Below the pieces are notes generated by a model. That model was not told the DNA's origin and made no database searches. It worked only from the letters and a program-made list of their open reading frames with translations. A DNA stretch of 64,000 nucleotides, taken from the NCBI GenBank assembly GCA_040767085.1, contig JAXGPF010000006.1:128001-192000 (forward strand), given 5' to 3'. Below are positions 42,322-53,900 of this stretch, in pieces. Each line of letters begins with the position of its first letter. Within the stretch, counting starts at the first letter, position 1. Both the position numbers and the translations under genes were made by a program. Source of the stretch: Kiritimatiellia bacterium. GTDB taxonomy: Bacteria; Verrucomicrobiota; Kiritimatiellia; JAAZAB01.

Positions 42322-44246
42322 GGTTTCTCCAAATAGCCATACTGGCTGGTTGCATACATATGCTTGTCCAAGGCGGCCGCATCCCTCTGGAGCGCGGACC
42401 AGGCATGCGGGAACAGGCTTTCGTTCCGGTAAAAACGGATGACATTCATCCGCCATCCGCCGGCCGGCGGCCGGCCGGCAGCCATGCACGCCAATGGAAT
42501 TTCCGCCGTCCCCCGCCACATCCCATCCGCTGCGCCGGTTGCCACGCGCCAGTCGGTTTCATAAATCCATGCGTCATCCGCATGCCGGCCCGGACCGAAC
42601 CGCAGGATGCGCCCGGCCTTGACTCCCCTGGCCGTGAATGCAAACTGATAAACCGTCTGCAGGTCATTTTCCGGACACAACATGACCGCCACGCTGTCAT
42701 CCAGCCGGGCGAAATGCTTTGACCAGCGCTGGTATTCCAGCAACTCGGTCCCGACGCGGATGCCGGTCTTGATGGCGGCCGGGTCGCGCTCGGCGCAAAG
42801 CACGGTGATATAAAGCCGATCGCGGATCAGCACGGCCTTGACGGCGGTCTCGGCGATGGCCGGGCGATTGCCGATGGTCAGGAAGCCGGCGGAATATTCG
42901 CCGGTATTCCATTGACCAGCGGCCTTTTCCAAGCTATCGGCATCCGGCCCGGCCGGAGCGATCCGGCATACCGGCCGGCCGTCGCGCTCGGCGCGCCCGC
43001 GACGGATCGCATCGGGCAGCCGGGCGAAATGCTGCGCGGCTTTTTCGCACTGAAATTTCCAGAGCATGCTGAAAGGCTCGTCGGTCAAGGCCAGGTAGCG
43101 TCCGCGTTCATCCGGCGCGTTTTCGGCTTTGGCCAGCGTGGCGTGCATGTGGTTTTGGTCGGCTGCGGGCAGCACGGCCAGCACATCCGGGTGCTTGAGC
43201 AAATGGCGCACCCTGGCAATCACGCCGGGCGCATCCCGATAGGCGTCCAGGAATCCCACGCCGGCATATTGGCCGCGGGCATACGCCCAGGCCGCCGGGG
43301 GCGCGCCCTGGTAGGTAAACGAAACGTGGTCCAGCGCCAACCGGTCGAAGGCCAGTTGGACCATCTCCGCCGCCGGCAGTTTTTGATAAAAGTCCAGGCC
43401 GAGCGTCCGCAGCAGATTGAGCGCCACCAGGCCGGCCATGGCGTTTTCCGCCGGCTTCAAATCACCCGGCACCACGCCGCAGCTGCCGATACCTTCCGGA
43501 TCGTAAGCGCGGCAGGTCGGACACAACATGCAATATTCCGGCACCAGCATGACCGGCATATCCGGCCGGCGGCGCATGGCCACGCCCACCTCGTACATGC
43601 AGTCGCCTTCAAAGACTTCGCCGCGCAGCATTTCGGCGCAGCGCCCGTAATAAGCGATTACAAACAGCAGATGCTGGGGAAACAAGCGCAGGCAATCGGC
43701 GGAATATATCCGCGCGGCGAACTCGCGGCGGATTCCGGCCAGTTCGGCGGCGGTGCGGCCGGCATTGTGGGCGGGCAGCAACCGCGCCAGCCAGTCCCGC
43801 ACCCGCGCGCGCCCGCGCGCATAATCGCCGTCCGTCACGCCGGGCATGCCGCCCCAGGCCGGCCCGCGCGGCGCATGCACGCAGACGCCTTCGATGGACG
43901 GCAGCTTGGATATCAGCAACTGCAGCGCGGCGTAGCCGGTAATCACCGGTTCGACGACGAACCGCGCTTCTGATTGCTTGCGGAACATGCGGTACAGAAT
44001 TTCCATATCCCACAACATGGTTTGTGCCACGCCCTGCGGCGCATCATCGTCGCAACCGCTGTATTGGACGCCCGCATAACCCCGGAAGCGCAAGCGCCGC
44101 CGTGGATTGTCCCGGATGGCCTGGAGTATGGCCGTTAAACGCTGATCACCCAGGTCTTCCCAATCACGGCCCGCGCCCAGCCGCGCGATCAAGGCCACCA
44201 GTTCATGCGGCCGGACGATTAATGTATTGTCGGATTGATGCATCAT
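42318..44246 (-). CDS. Hypothetical protein: tandem DUF1284-like metal-binding domains + CBM9-like domain
   Basis: VRPHELV and LFPQHLL starts, CMLCPTC...C; C-terminal W..TAEIPL...WRMN..R. Confidence 0.55.
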   Translation of the reverse strand: MMHQSDNTLIVRPHELVALIARLGAGRDWEDLGDQRLTAILQAIRDNPRRRLRFRGYAGVQYSGCDDDAPQGVAQTMLWDMEILYRMFRKQSEARFVVEPVITGYAALQLLISKLPSIEGVCVHAPRGPAWGGMPGVTDGDYARGRARVRDWLARLLPAHNAGRTAAELAGIRREFAARIYSADCLRLFPQHLLFVIAYYGRCAEMLRGEVFEGDCMYEVGVAMRRRPDMPVMLVPEYCMLCPTCRAYDPEGIGSCGVVPGDLKPAENAMAGLVALNLLRTLGLDFYQKLPAAEMVQLAFDRLALDHVSFTYQGAPPAAWAYARGQYAGVGFLDAYRDAPGVIARVRHLLKHPDVLAVLPAADQNHMHATLAKAENAPDERGRYLALTDEPFSMLWKFQCEKAAQHFARLPDAIRRGRAERDGRPVCRIAPAGPDADSLEKAAGQWNTGEYSAGFLTIGNRPAIAETAVKAVLIRDRLYITVLCAERDPAAIKTGIRVGTELLEYQRWSKHFARLDDSVAVMLCPENDLQTVYQFAFTARGVKAGRILRFGPGRHADDAWIYETDWRVATGAADGMWRGTAEIPLACMAAGRPPAGGWRMNVIRFYRNESLFPHAWSALQRDAAALDKHMYATSQYGYLEKP

Positions 44247-44272
44247 TCACGCCCTTAAGTTTGCCAGGCCCA

Positions 44273-47200
44273 TCATTCCTCAAATGCCGTCGGGGCATCC
44301 CCGCACTCCAGCTGGACGGCATCCACCCAGAGCGCCGCGTCCCGCGGCGCGCTCAGGCGGATGGTATTATACATGTCCAGCCGCCCGGAGGTCGGCGCCG
44401 CCGCCAGCGGCGCGGAATACCTGGCCCACGCGGCGGTCAGCTTGAATTTTCGCGGTTCGCCCAGCGCGCCCGGAGTGAATTCGACTTCCGCGCCGTCCCG
44501 GTCGGCGCGCATGTAAGCCGAAAAACACATCGCCTGCGGCTTATTAACGCCGGGGGCGATGTAACATTCCAAAAAGCCGCGCCCGGCCAGCCGCATGCTG
44601 ACCTTGCCATGCCATGGGTTGTCTTCGTCCAACCCCCACAAAGCGCCGGGCTGGCCGATGCGGGGCCCGGGGATGTAAGTCGGCCGGTAATAATCGGGCA
44701 GACCGGGCAGCGCGGCCTGCTCGAAACTGGGGTTGGGCAGGATGTTTTTCCGGCCCGGCCGTCCGGAACGCGGTATGGCCGCGGCGGTGTATTCCGGCGC
44801 CGCTTGATCCGGATGGCCGGCCATGGACAAAGTCAATTTGATCATGCCGGCCGCGTCGTGCTCCCTGCTGATTTTATACGCGCGCACCCCGTAAGCTTCA
44901 AACCGATCCTGAAAGCTGCCGTTTAACGCGGGGTATTTTTTGCCATTGCCCGGGGCGAACATCCGGCTGACCGCGCCAGCCGCATCCAGTATGGGCGCGG
45001 CAAATTCCACGTCTACCGGGTAAGGCCGGCAATTGGCGGCCAGCAGGATCAACCCGCCGCCGGGATCGGCCAGCAGTTTCGCGTGAATATCGGGATATTT
45101 TTTATTGGCGTAATCTATGACCCCCGGATGGTATTGAATCTCCTGCGGCACTTCCGGCGCAACGGCTGCCGGGCCGAGTGTCTGCATCTGCCGGGCTAAT
45201 TCGGCCAGCGATGCGAACGAACTCTGGTGCGTGAAAGGATAACAGAAATACAACAACCCCTTGGCGCCGTGAATCAGCAGCAGGTAAGTCTGGCAGAATT
45301 GTTCCGCCGGCGTCAGATAGCGTTGGTGCATACCGCTCCAGCGCTCGCCCACCGGCACATGCACCACCGGCTTGCGGCCGGTGCGGGCACGCTGTTCGAA
45401 CATGTAATGCATGTTAACTACATGCAGCGGGCTGCCGCCTTCGCCGGGATGACCCGGAATCCAGTAGGGGTCCGGGCCGATCGTGTCGCAGAAATCGAAT
45501 TCCTCCGCCCCGGCCAGCGCGTGCATCGGGTGGTAGCCGTCTTCCGCCTGAACCCGGTTGTACAAATCCAAGCCCTGCACCCACTGGTTGAAATACCGCG
45601 CGCCAAACGCTTCATCGAAATTATTGTAAGCCAGCAGATTGCCGCAATCCCGGATGGCGCGGACGCCCGCGATCATTTCCGGGAGCGCATTTTCGTAAGC
45701 GGCGGCGAAGACCGCTGACTTTTCCGCCGGTGTAAAATCGCGCAAGGCGCGTTTGTCATCCGGGCGGGTATTGATGAAATCCTTGATATAATATTGATAG
45801 GGCGGCCCGCCGCCCTGGATCAAGGCCACCTTGATCCGGGTCAGCGGTACCTGCCGGCAGAAATTTTCCACCGGCACCCACATCAACAGGTTGGATTCAC
45901 GCGCCAGTTCCATGTAGCGCAAGCCATCTTCCGGCTTTATCTTGCGCCACCACATCAGGGTGTTGTGCCCGGCCGCGGCGGCTTCGAGCATGTCCGCCCG
46001 GTTGGTGCTGCCAAAAACCAGGCCGAACGGGAAAAACGGCCGGCCATTGCGCAAGATCACCCGGTGGACATAATCGATCTTTACTTCGCACCCCGGCTTG
46101 GGCGCACGGCATACCGCTTTCAGGTTTTTTTCGAACAAAATTCCGCCATCCGCGCGGCTGATTTCCACCCGCAAGTCATGCGCGCCATCCGGCAGCCGCG
46201 CGCGTTGCGCGCCCAATCGCATCCGGGGCGCCACGGAGTCCGACTTTGCCAGCGTCTTCCCGGCGCCGTCTTTCAATTGCGCTCGCAAGTCGCGCAGCGC
46301 CTCAGCCGGCAATCCAATCTCACAGATCACCGTGACTTCATCTTCATCCGTGAAATAACTGCGGGCAGGATATACTGACAGCAATGTCAGCGCCGAAGTA
46401 TCGTCCGCCATATCCCGCGCCCAAACTTCACCCGTGGCCGGATCTTCCAGCAGCACCTCCACCGACCGGCTGGCCGGGTTGGACACCGGCACGTCAATGG
46501 CCACCCCGGTTTGCGCCATCGGCGCAAGGCCCACCCGCCGCTCAACCCGGTTGACTGCGCCGGACTTGGGCCGGTCCAGCACCGCCACCAGCACGGCGCC
46601 GCTGACCATGCTGTGATTGGAAACATCCACCGCCACCGGGTAATGGAACCGGCCGTCACCCGCCGCATACGCGCCCACCGCCGGGCGGCCAGCCAGGGCC
46701 GGCAGAAATGCCGGCTGCACCGCCATGCCCGCCAAATCCGGCAGCGCCAGGGAGCCAAACCGGCCCGGTTCGTGGAAGCCGGCCGCCAGCGGTCTCCAGG
46801 TTAGCCATTCGCGCCGCAGGTCAACCTGGATGCCCTGGGGATCTATCACCGGCTCCAGGACGTTCAGACACACATTCATCCGCACCCGGTCCGGGGCGCC
46901 GTACGAAACCAGCAGGGACAGGGGGACCGCCCACTCCGCCGTCCAGCCGGCAGCGTCAACACGGGTGGCGGAGCGCCATGGCCCATTCCACGCTCGGTCG
47001 CGCAGGCCGCCGCGATCGGCGCGCTGCTCGGCTTTGACATTGGCGGCGCTGAGGATGTAATGAAAATACAATTCCCCGTTGGCGCCGGGATCTATGAAAA
47101 ACTCCAGGGAATCGTCATGGGACAGGTCGCCGTCATGCTCGCGGCAAGCGAGCGTCAGGCGCGACGGATCCGGATGCCGGATCTCCGCCGCGAAATACAG

Positions 47201-47431
47201 CCAGGCGCCGTCATGCGCCGTCCAGACACGATGCGCCCGCTTGACCCCGGGCGCTTTCAGCGAAACAAATTCCGCGATCGCCGGCGCGCCGGACCAGCAA
47301 GCATCGTCCAGGCGGCCATCCAGGATGGGCGCATCCGACACGGCGCGGGCGCTGATGCCATCCGCCGCTGATATGTTGCCCGCGGCAAATAAACCGCAGA
47401 AAAATGCCAATATGTATTTTTTATCAGCCAT
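44273..47431 (-). CDS. Family C protein, copy 2
   Basis: Signal peptide, FDEA, DPYW, NPSFE, WVDAVQLECG.APTAFEE. Confidence 0.8.
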   Translation of the reverse strand: MADKKYILAFFCGLFAAGNISAADGISARAVSDAPILDGRLDDACWSGAPAIAEFVSLKAPGVKRAHRVWTAHDGAWLYFAAEIRHPDPSRLTLACREHDGDLSHDDSLEFFIDPGANGELYFHYILSAANVKAEQRADRGGLRDRAWNGPWRSATRVDAAGWTAEWAVPLSLLVSYGAPDRVRMNVCLNVLEPVIDPQGIQVDLRREWLTWRPLAAGFHEPGRFGSLALPDLAGMAVQPAFLPALAGRPAVGAYAAGDGRFHYPVAVDVSNHSMVSGAVLVAVLDRPKSGAVNRVERRVGLAPMAQTGVAIDVPVSNPASRSVEVLLEDPATGEVWARDMADDTSALTLLSVYPARSYFTDEDEVTVICEIGLPAEALRDLRAQLKDGAGKTLAKSDSVAPRMRLGAQRARLPDGAHDLRVEISRADGGILFEKNLKAVCRAPKPGCEVKIDYVHRVILRNGRPFFPFGLVFGSTNRADMLEAAAAGHNTLMWWRKIKPEDGLRYMELARESNLLMWVPVENFCRQVPLTRIKVALIQGGGPPYQYYIKDFINTRPDDKRALRDFTPAEKSAVFAAAYENALPEMIAGVRAIRDCGNLLAYNNFDEAFGARYFNQWVQGLDLYNRVQAEDGYHPMHALAGAEEFDFCDTIGPDPYWIPGHPGEGGSPLHVVNMHYMFEQRARTGRKPVVHVPVGERWSGMHQRYLTPAEQFCQTYLLLIHGAKGLLYFCYPFTHQSSFASLAELARQMQTLGPAAVAPEVPQEIQYHPGVIDYANKKYPDIHAKLLADPGGGLILLAANCRPYPVDVEFAAPILDAAGAVSRMFAPGNGKKYPALNGSFQDRFEAYGVRAYKISREHDAAGMIKLTLSMAGHPDQAAPEYTAAAIPRSGRPGRKNILPNPSFEQAALPGLPDYYRPTYIPGPRIGQPGALWGLDEDNPWHGKVSMRLAGRGFLECYIAPGVNKPQAMCFSAYMRADRDGAEVEFTPGALGEPRKFKLTAAWARYSAPLAAAPTSGRLDMYNTIRLSAPRDAALWVDAVQLECGDAPTAFEE

Positions 47432-47462
47432 TGATATCTCAGTCTTTCACCGCAAGCGATAA

Positions 47463-47623
47463 GAGCTAAATTCAAAAGTCTTGGCCGGCGTGGCTGTGCC
47501 CGCCATAGTTCGCCGCGGCGAACGACGGCTGGGAAACCGGCCCTCCCAGAACACAAAAGCCACTGGTTTCTGGAGGGTTGGGTTACACCCCAACCGTTCT
47601 GTGCGGACTTTTGAAATCAGCTC
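47463..47623. mobile_element. MITE/REPIN-like element, 161 bp
   Basis: 18-bp terminal inverted repeats (16/18) GAGCTAAATTCAAAAGTC / GACTTTTGAAATCAGCTC; internal CCCTCCCAGAA/TTCTGGAGGG doublet. Confidence 0.65.
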
Positions 47624-47625
47624 GG

Positions 47626-49628
47626 TTAATGAATCCCGAACAACGTTCCCCGGGGCACATATTCGTAGCAGCCCATGTCCGCGATGCGGGTCATCCGGTC
47701 CAGGCGCGCCCGGCCGTCCAGGTCAACCCCCTGCGCCATCCAGGATTCATTCGTCCCGGCATTGATGCAGGGCGAACCGGTCGTCAGCCGGTAATCGCCG
47801 CCGGCAAAATCGGCGAATTCCGGCGGCGCGGCGGTGTTGTGCTGGTTGGCGGTGGACAGATCGCGCGATGTGCAGCAGTAATGGAACGAATTGGTCGAGG
47901 CGGTCGGGTTATGGTATGATATCCCGACATCATTGTTAACCGCCGAGTCCGCCAGGTTGGAATAGATTATGGTGTTGACGATCAAGTTGGTGCTTAACAC
48001 GAACATGCCGCCGCCGGCGGTGACGGCGGTATTGCCCGCCAGCGTACAGTTTTCCACCAGGCCGGTGTAAGTCGCGGTGTTGTAAAGGTAAATCCCTCCG
48101 CCAGCGCCGCCAGAACTGTTGCCGGCAAACAGGCAGTTCCGCATGAATCCGCCTTCGGCATAAATCCCGCCGCCGTTACCAAAGGCAACATTGCCGATAA
48201 ACCGGCTGTTTTTGACAAAGGTGTTGGACGCATTGGTTGAATTCAAATACATCAAAAAGGCGCCGGCGCCTTCCCTAAGCGTATTGGTATTATTCAGAAA
48301 CAAACACCGGTCAATGTTCAGCGCTTTGAAGCCTGTCCGGGCTTGCAGCCCGGCGCCGGGGCTCAGGCTGATGTTGCCCTCGACGTACAATCGGACATGG
48401 CCAGTTCCGCATTTTCATTGTACATGGTTATACCGCCGCCGCCGGGCGTTCCGCTGCCGGAAAAACCATTGGTCGTCTGCGTGTTGAAGGCGATGGACGC
48501 GCCTTCGATCTGCGTCAATCCCAAGGCAACGAAAACTCCGCCTCCCTCCTTGCCGGTGTTCCAGCAGATTTCGCCACCCCGGACCTCGGCCCCGGAAGTT
48601 CGAATCCCGCCGCCAAATCTAGCAAGGTTGTTGGAAATGACGCACCCGTGTAGGCGGGCAACATACTGGGTTTCGTTGTTGACATATACACCGCCGCCAC
48701 CGCCTAAGTCAGGCACGGTATTGCCGTAAATCAGGCAATTGGTCAGCAAGGCCGAGGAGTTCGCGACCGCGACGACGCCGCCGTTGGTGGCGGAATTGCC
48801 ATAAATCCGGCAATCATTCACAACCGCGTCCGCAGTGCTTTGATAAACATAAATGCCGCCGCCCAGGCCGGCCGTGACGGAATTGGTCAGATCGTTGCCA
48901 GCCACATCACAATTGGAAACCACCGGGGCGCCATAATAAAAAATGATTCCGCCGCCGTTCTTGCCGGCGCGGTTGTCAACTACCGCGGCATTTTCCAGCC
49001 GGCCGGTGCCGGACATGTAAACCCCGCCGCCACCATGCGTCGCCGTAGTGCCGTAGGAGGCGTTATTGCTGATGACGCCGCCCGTCAGCAGACTGTCCCC
49101 GATCACGCTCGCCCCGCCACCACCATAGTAGGCAAAATTGGCGCTGATCCAGCAATTGCTGGCCACCGCGTCGCCCAGCAATCCCACGCCCGCGCCCCAG
49201 TCGCCGTTGCAGTTGACCACCCGGCAATTGGCCAGCAGGCCGTTGGTCATGTAAACGCCGCCGCCGTAATCGCCGGACGTGGCATAACCGTTGGAAATGG
49301 TGAATCCATCCACCACGGCTTCGGGATGAAAGATGCGCACGCGGTAATTGCCCGCGCCGTTGATGACCGCCGCATGCTGCACATGGCTGGTAAACACCAA
49401 ATCGCGGTTGATAGTCAGCACCGCCGCCAGATCATACGTGCCGTTGGAGACGACAACCGTGCTGCCATCCGGCGCCTGCGCCGCGGCATTACTCAAGGTG
49501 GCCCAGGCCGCATCCCAACTGAAGCCGGATTTGTCATCGTCGCCGCCGGGCGCCACGTAATAAGGCGCGGCACCCAGTGCGCCGGCCAGCAGACTGCAAA
49601 CGATCGCCGCCATGACTTTGTTTTGCAT
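47626..49628 (-). pseudogene. Family B beta-helix protein, copy 2, split by a 1-nt frameshift near 48385
   Basis: ORFs 48363-49667 and 47626-48390 are the two halves; GAT TGT AC_ GTC GAG GGC AAC restores DCTVEGN; AGGAGG RBS before ATG 49628. Confidence 0.75.
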
Positions 49629-49663
49629 TGCTGATACCTCCTGATTAGATATAAAATTTCCGG

Positions 49664-50956
49664 TCACGGCAATGTAATCCGGATGGTTTGCCAGCTTTCA
49701 TCGGCGCGGATGCCGCCGGCCTTGGCCGTGCCGCCTTGCGATGACACGGCTTCTATGATATATGAATAATGTTCCGGCGCAAGGTTCATTTTCCAGGTAT
49801 ATTCGGTTAAGAGAATCGCCCGCGGATCGTCCCGCCCCGGCGTGCACCCGCGATCATCGGCGGTCTGCCGCCAGTTCATGACCATCTCCGGCAGCCCCTG
49901 CTCGCAACGGACGGTCACCCGCGCCCCGGCCGCCGGCTGCCCGTCGGCATGGACCACTTCGACGACGGCATGGCGCCGGGATTGCACCAGGCCCTGGTTC
50001 GGCGGCGTGCGCGATGCCTTCAGGATATCCTCCAATTGCGGCCGGCCCACGGTGCAATCAACCAGGGTGACGCCTTTGTCCGTGGTGCGCAGATGCCAGT
50101 TGCGCCGGTTGTTTTCGAAAACACAATCAACAAAAGTGGCGTCCACGCACCCATAATCCATGACGACGGTTTCAAAATCCCGGAAAGCGCAGCCGGTCAG
50201 CGTATGCGGCCCGTTTTCCAGCCCCCACTGCCCGTGTTCGAACACGCTGTTGCGGATCAGGTAGGCGCCGCGCGCGCCGCGCACCCGGCCCGGGTCCTGC
50301 GCCCCGTGCAGCATGCGCTGCCCCCAGGCCAGATGGGCGCCATCCAAAACCAGCCCGTTGCCCATGAAGGCCGATTGCCAGGCCTGGTTGGTCCCCGGCC
50401 GGCAGGCGCCGATGGAACTGTTATAGACATGCAACTGCCCGCCAGTCTGCCGCCCTGCCCGGGCGATGGCCGCGGGCATGCGCCCGGTGAACAAGCCGAA
50501 TTCGCCCGGTTGGGAGTTGTCGAATTTCAAGGCGGCGCGCACGACGGGATTGTCCGGGTCGCCCAGGCGCAAACGATTGACCGGGATCGGCGCGCGCCAG
50601 TACACGCCCTCGTTCTCGCCTTCCACGTGCGACGGCATGACGAACAGGTCGCCGCGCATGACCAGAATTTCCCCGGGCTGCGCCGCGGTCCCGATTTGCA
50701 GGTAAGTCGCCGTGCCGTTGTTGGCGCCGACCAGTAAATGGCAGTTGATGGTATAAACATCCGCGGCGGCATCATGGCTGACCTTGCCCCAGCCGTTCAT
50801 GGCGTCGCATGCCCGGATCTGCCGCAGGGTGCAGGGGTAGCTTCCTGGGAAATCCGTCACCCAGACGGCGTTCAACGCCGCATCGTACCCGATTCCCGCC
50901 CGGGCCATGGCCGCCATTGCCAGGGCAATGATCAGGATGTTAGCCAGCTTTAACAT
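49664..50956 (-). CDS. Family A protein, copy 2
   Basis: Signal peptide; PCTLRQ, GW.KV, NRLRLG, RCEQ, TPGR, LLTEY. Confidence 0.8.
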   Translation of the reverse strand: MLKLANILIIALAMAAMARAGIGYDAALNAVWVTDFPGSYPCTLRQIRACDAMNGWGKVSHDAAADVYTINCHLLVGANNGTATYLQIGTAAQPGEILVMRGDLFVMPSHVEGENEGVYWRAPIPVNRLRLGDPDNPVVRAALKFDNSQPGEFGLFTGRMPAAIARAGRQTGGQLHVYNSSIGACRPGTNQAWQSAFMGNGLVLDGAHLAWGQRMLHGAQDPGRVRGARGAYLIRNSVFEHGQWGLENGPHTLTGCAFRDFETVVMDYGCVDATFVDCVFENNRRNWHLRTTDKGVTLVDCTVGRPQLEDILKASRTPPNQGLVQSRRHAVVEVVHADGQPAAGARVTVRCEQGLPEMVMNWRQTADDRGCTPGRDDPRAILLTEYTWKMNLAPEHYSYIIEAVSSQGGTAKAGGIRADESWQTIRITLP

Positions 50957-50962
50957 CGGGCA

Positions 50963-53900
50963 TTATTCCTCGAATGCGCCGGGCTCCAGCCCGGTTTCGA
51001 ACTGCAGGCCGTCAATCCAGACCGCGCCTTCGCCCTTGACCTCCAGGCCGAACCAGTTGTAGGGATCCACCCCGGCCGGCACCAGGTCGCTTTCGGCATA
51101 GCGCTGCCAGTCGGTCGTCAGCCGGAAAGTTTCGCGGCCGAAATATTTGGCGGCGGTGCCGGCGTCGCCGCGGAAGATGAACTGCGCTTCGACCCCTGCG
51201 CGCTCCGCGCGCATGTATACCGACGCCGCGCAATGCGTCGGCCGGTCGAATTTCGGACCCAGGTAGCAGATGCAGCGGGAGCCCGAGACGAATGGCTCCG
51301 GCGAAGCCTCCAGGCGCAGGCTGGCCTTGCCATGCCAGGCTTGCGCGGCATCCAGCCCGAACGCCGCGTCGGCGCGGCTGAAAAACGGCCGGGCGGGAGT
51401 ATGCGCGCGCTGGTAAAGCGACGAGGGGAAAACCCGGAAATAATCGGGCCACCCCGGCAAGCTGGCCTCCTCGAAGCTCGGATTGGGAACCAGGTTGCGC
51501 TTGCCGATGCGGCCGGTGCGCGGGTGCTCGATTTCCTCGCCCTGGCCCAGTTCCGGATGAGGCGTCATGCTGACCGATATTTGTATTTTGGCCGCGGCGG
51601 GCCCGCCGGTCACCGCGTCCGGCGGCCCCAGCGTGTAAGCTCGCACACCGTACGGCTCCAGCCGGTCGCGGAAGGCGCCATCCTGAACCGGGTAACGGTC
51701 GGCGGCAAACAGCCGGCCCACCATGCCGGTCGGCCCGAGCGTGCCGACGCCGAAAGTGACATCCACGGGATACCACTTGGCGTTGGCGGCCAGCAGCACC
51801 TGCCCGCCGTCCGGATTGGGCTTCAGCGCGACGTGAACATCGGGCATGACATTGTTGGCCGGGTCCATGCTACCCGGCTCATATTTGACCGTCTGCGGCA
51901 CATCCGCCAGGCCGGCGATCGGCCCGAGAATTTCCATCTGCCGGCTCAAGGCCCCCATGGTTTGCAGCGACAGCGGATGCTGGAAGGGATGGACAAAGTA
52001 AAAGAATCCTTTCACCCCGTGAATCAGCAGCAGGTAAGTCTGGCAAAAATTCTCCGCCGGCAGCATGGCGCGCTTGTGACAGCCGCTGAAATATTCGCCC
52101 ATCGGCACCATCCAGACCGGCCGCCGCAGCCGCGCGGCGTCCGCGACATAATTGCGCAGGCGCGTGCCGTCATAAAAACAATAGGTCCGGTGCACCGCCG
52201 CGGCCGGGGAATTGGCGCGGGGATCGCTGCCGGCGGGAATCCAGTAGGGATCGGCGCCGATGATGTCGCAATGGTTGTCATACGGGCCGCAGTTGAAAAA
52301 TACCGGCCGGTAGCCGTCCAGTTCCTGCGTCAGCGCGTAATAATCCGCCGCGGCTTTTTCCACCACGGCGTTCACCGGCGGCTCGTCGATGTTCATGTAC
52401 CCGATCAGCCGGGGATTGTCCCGGATTTTTTCCAGCGCCGCGCGCGTCGTCTGGAATTTTTTGGCATAGGCCGCGTCATAGGTCGGGTATGACTCCGGGA
52501 AGCGGCCGGGCGGCGAATCCGGCCGGAGGTATTTCAGCCGGTACCGATTGACGGAGCCTTCCGCCGGGGTATGCGTTTCCAGGCAATCCAGCCACTGCAT
52601 GTCGTATTTTTCCAGCCACGCCTGCATCCGGTCCAGGGTGATCAGGTTCGGGTAGCCGGGATAATCCCTGTCCAGTACATAGCCCCAGGAAAGGATGGTC
52701 TTGATCCCCGCGTCGGACAGTTGCTTGAAATATTCCTCGGTGCTGACCTCGGCTATGACGCCGAATGGCACAAACGGCCGGCCGTCGCGCAAAACCACCT
52801 GGTTGATCCGGTCAAGCTTGTATTCCCGGCCCGGCCGCGGCGCGCGCTTGATGATTTCCACCGGGCACGTGAAAACCGGCCGGCCATCCCGGGCGCAGGC
52901 TTCAACGGCCAGCGTATGCCGCCCGAGCGCCAGCGGCGCCAGCGGAATCCGCAAATGCGTATCGGCGCCCGCCATGGGGTGCCGCGCCAGTTCCGCCCCC
53001 TGGGCGTCGCGCGCCCGGAGCGTCATCCGGGACAATTCCGACTCCGGCAGTCCGGCCCGGCAAATAATCACCGCTTCTGGCTCCGCGGTGTAGTAATTGC
53101 GGTCCGCATAGGCGGTCAGGAGCACCAGCGCCGATGTGTCCGGCACCGGCGCCGACAGCCAGACCTCGCCGGTGGCCGGGTCTTCCAGGCGCACGGTGAT
53201 CTTACGCTCTTCCAGGTCGGCCGCCGCCACGCGCAAATCCAGTTCGCGCTGTTCATGCCCTTTTAACCGCACCTCAAACCGCTGTTCGGATTTTTTCCCG
53301 GACAACAATTCCTCGGCGGCCACCAGGACGGCGGCGCCCGGCTGGCGCGAGTGGTTGCGGAGGCGCAGGCGCAGCGGGTAAGCAAAAGTCCCGTCGGCCG
53401 CGGTTTCATAACCGGCCACCGTAACCTGGCGGAAGTCCGGCAGGAACGGCGTCTGGATATTGCGCGGCGCGAATTCACGCGCATAGCCGAACCGTTCCGG
53501 CTCGTGGAAGCTCGAGATCACCGGCGCCCACAGCAGGTAGGCGCGGTTGGCGCCGATGCGCATGCCGTACGGGTCAATGACCGGGTCAACCACCGTCACC
53601 CCGAAATTCATCCGTAAATCGGACGACGGCCCATAATCCGCGACCGCCTCCAGCGGCAGCGCCATTTCCGCATTCCAGCCGCGCGTCGTGCGCCGGGTGG
53701 CCGAACGCCAGGGCATGTCCCAGCCGTGTTCGCGTTCGACGCCGTGCGGCGTCACGGTAACGCGGCGTTCGGCGCGCGTGTTGGCCGCCGAAAGCATGTA
53801 TTGCAGGTACATCCGCCCCGCCGTGCCGGGATCAATGAACACCTCCACGTCGTCATCCTGCGACACGCCCCCATCGGGTTCGAAAACCGTCGGCTGGATA

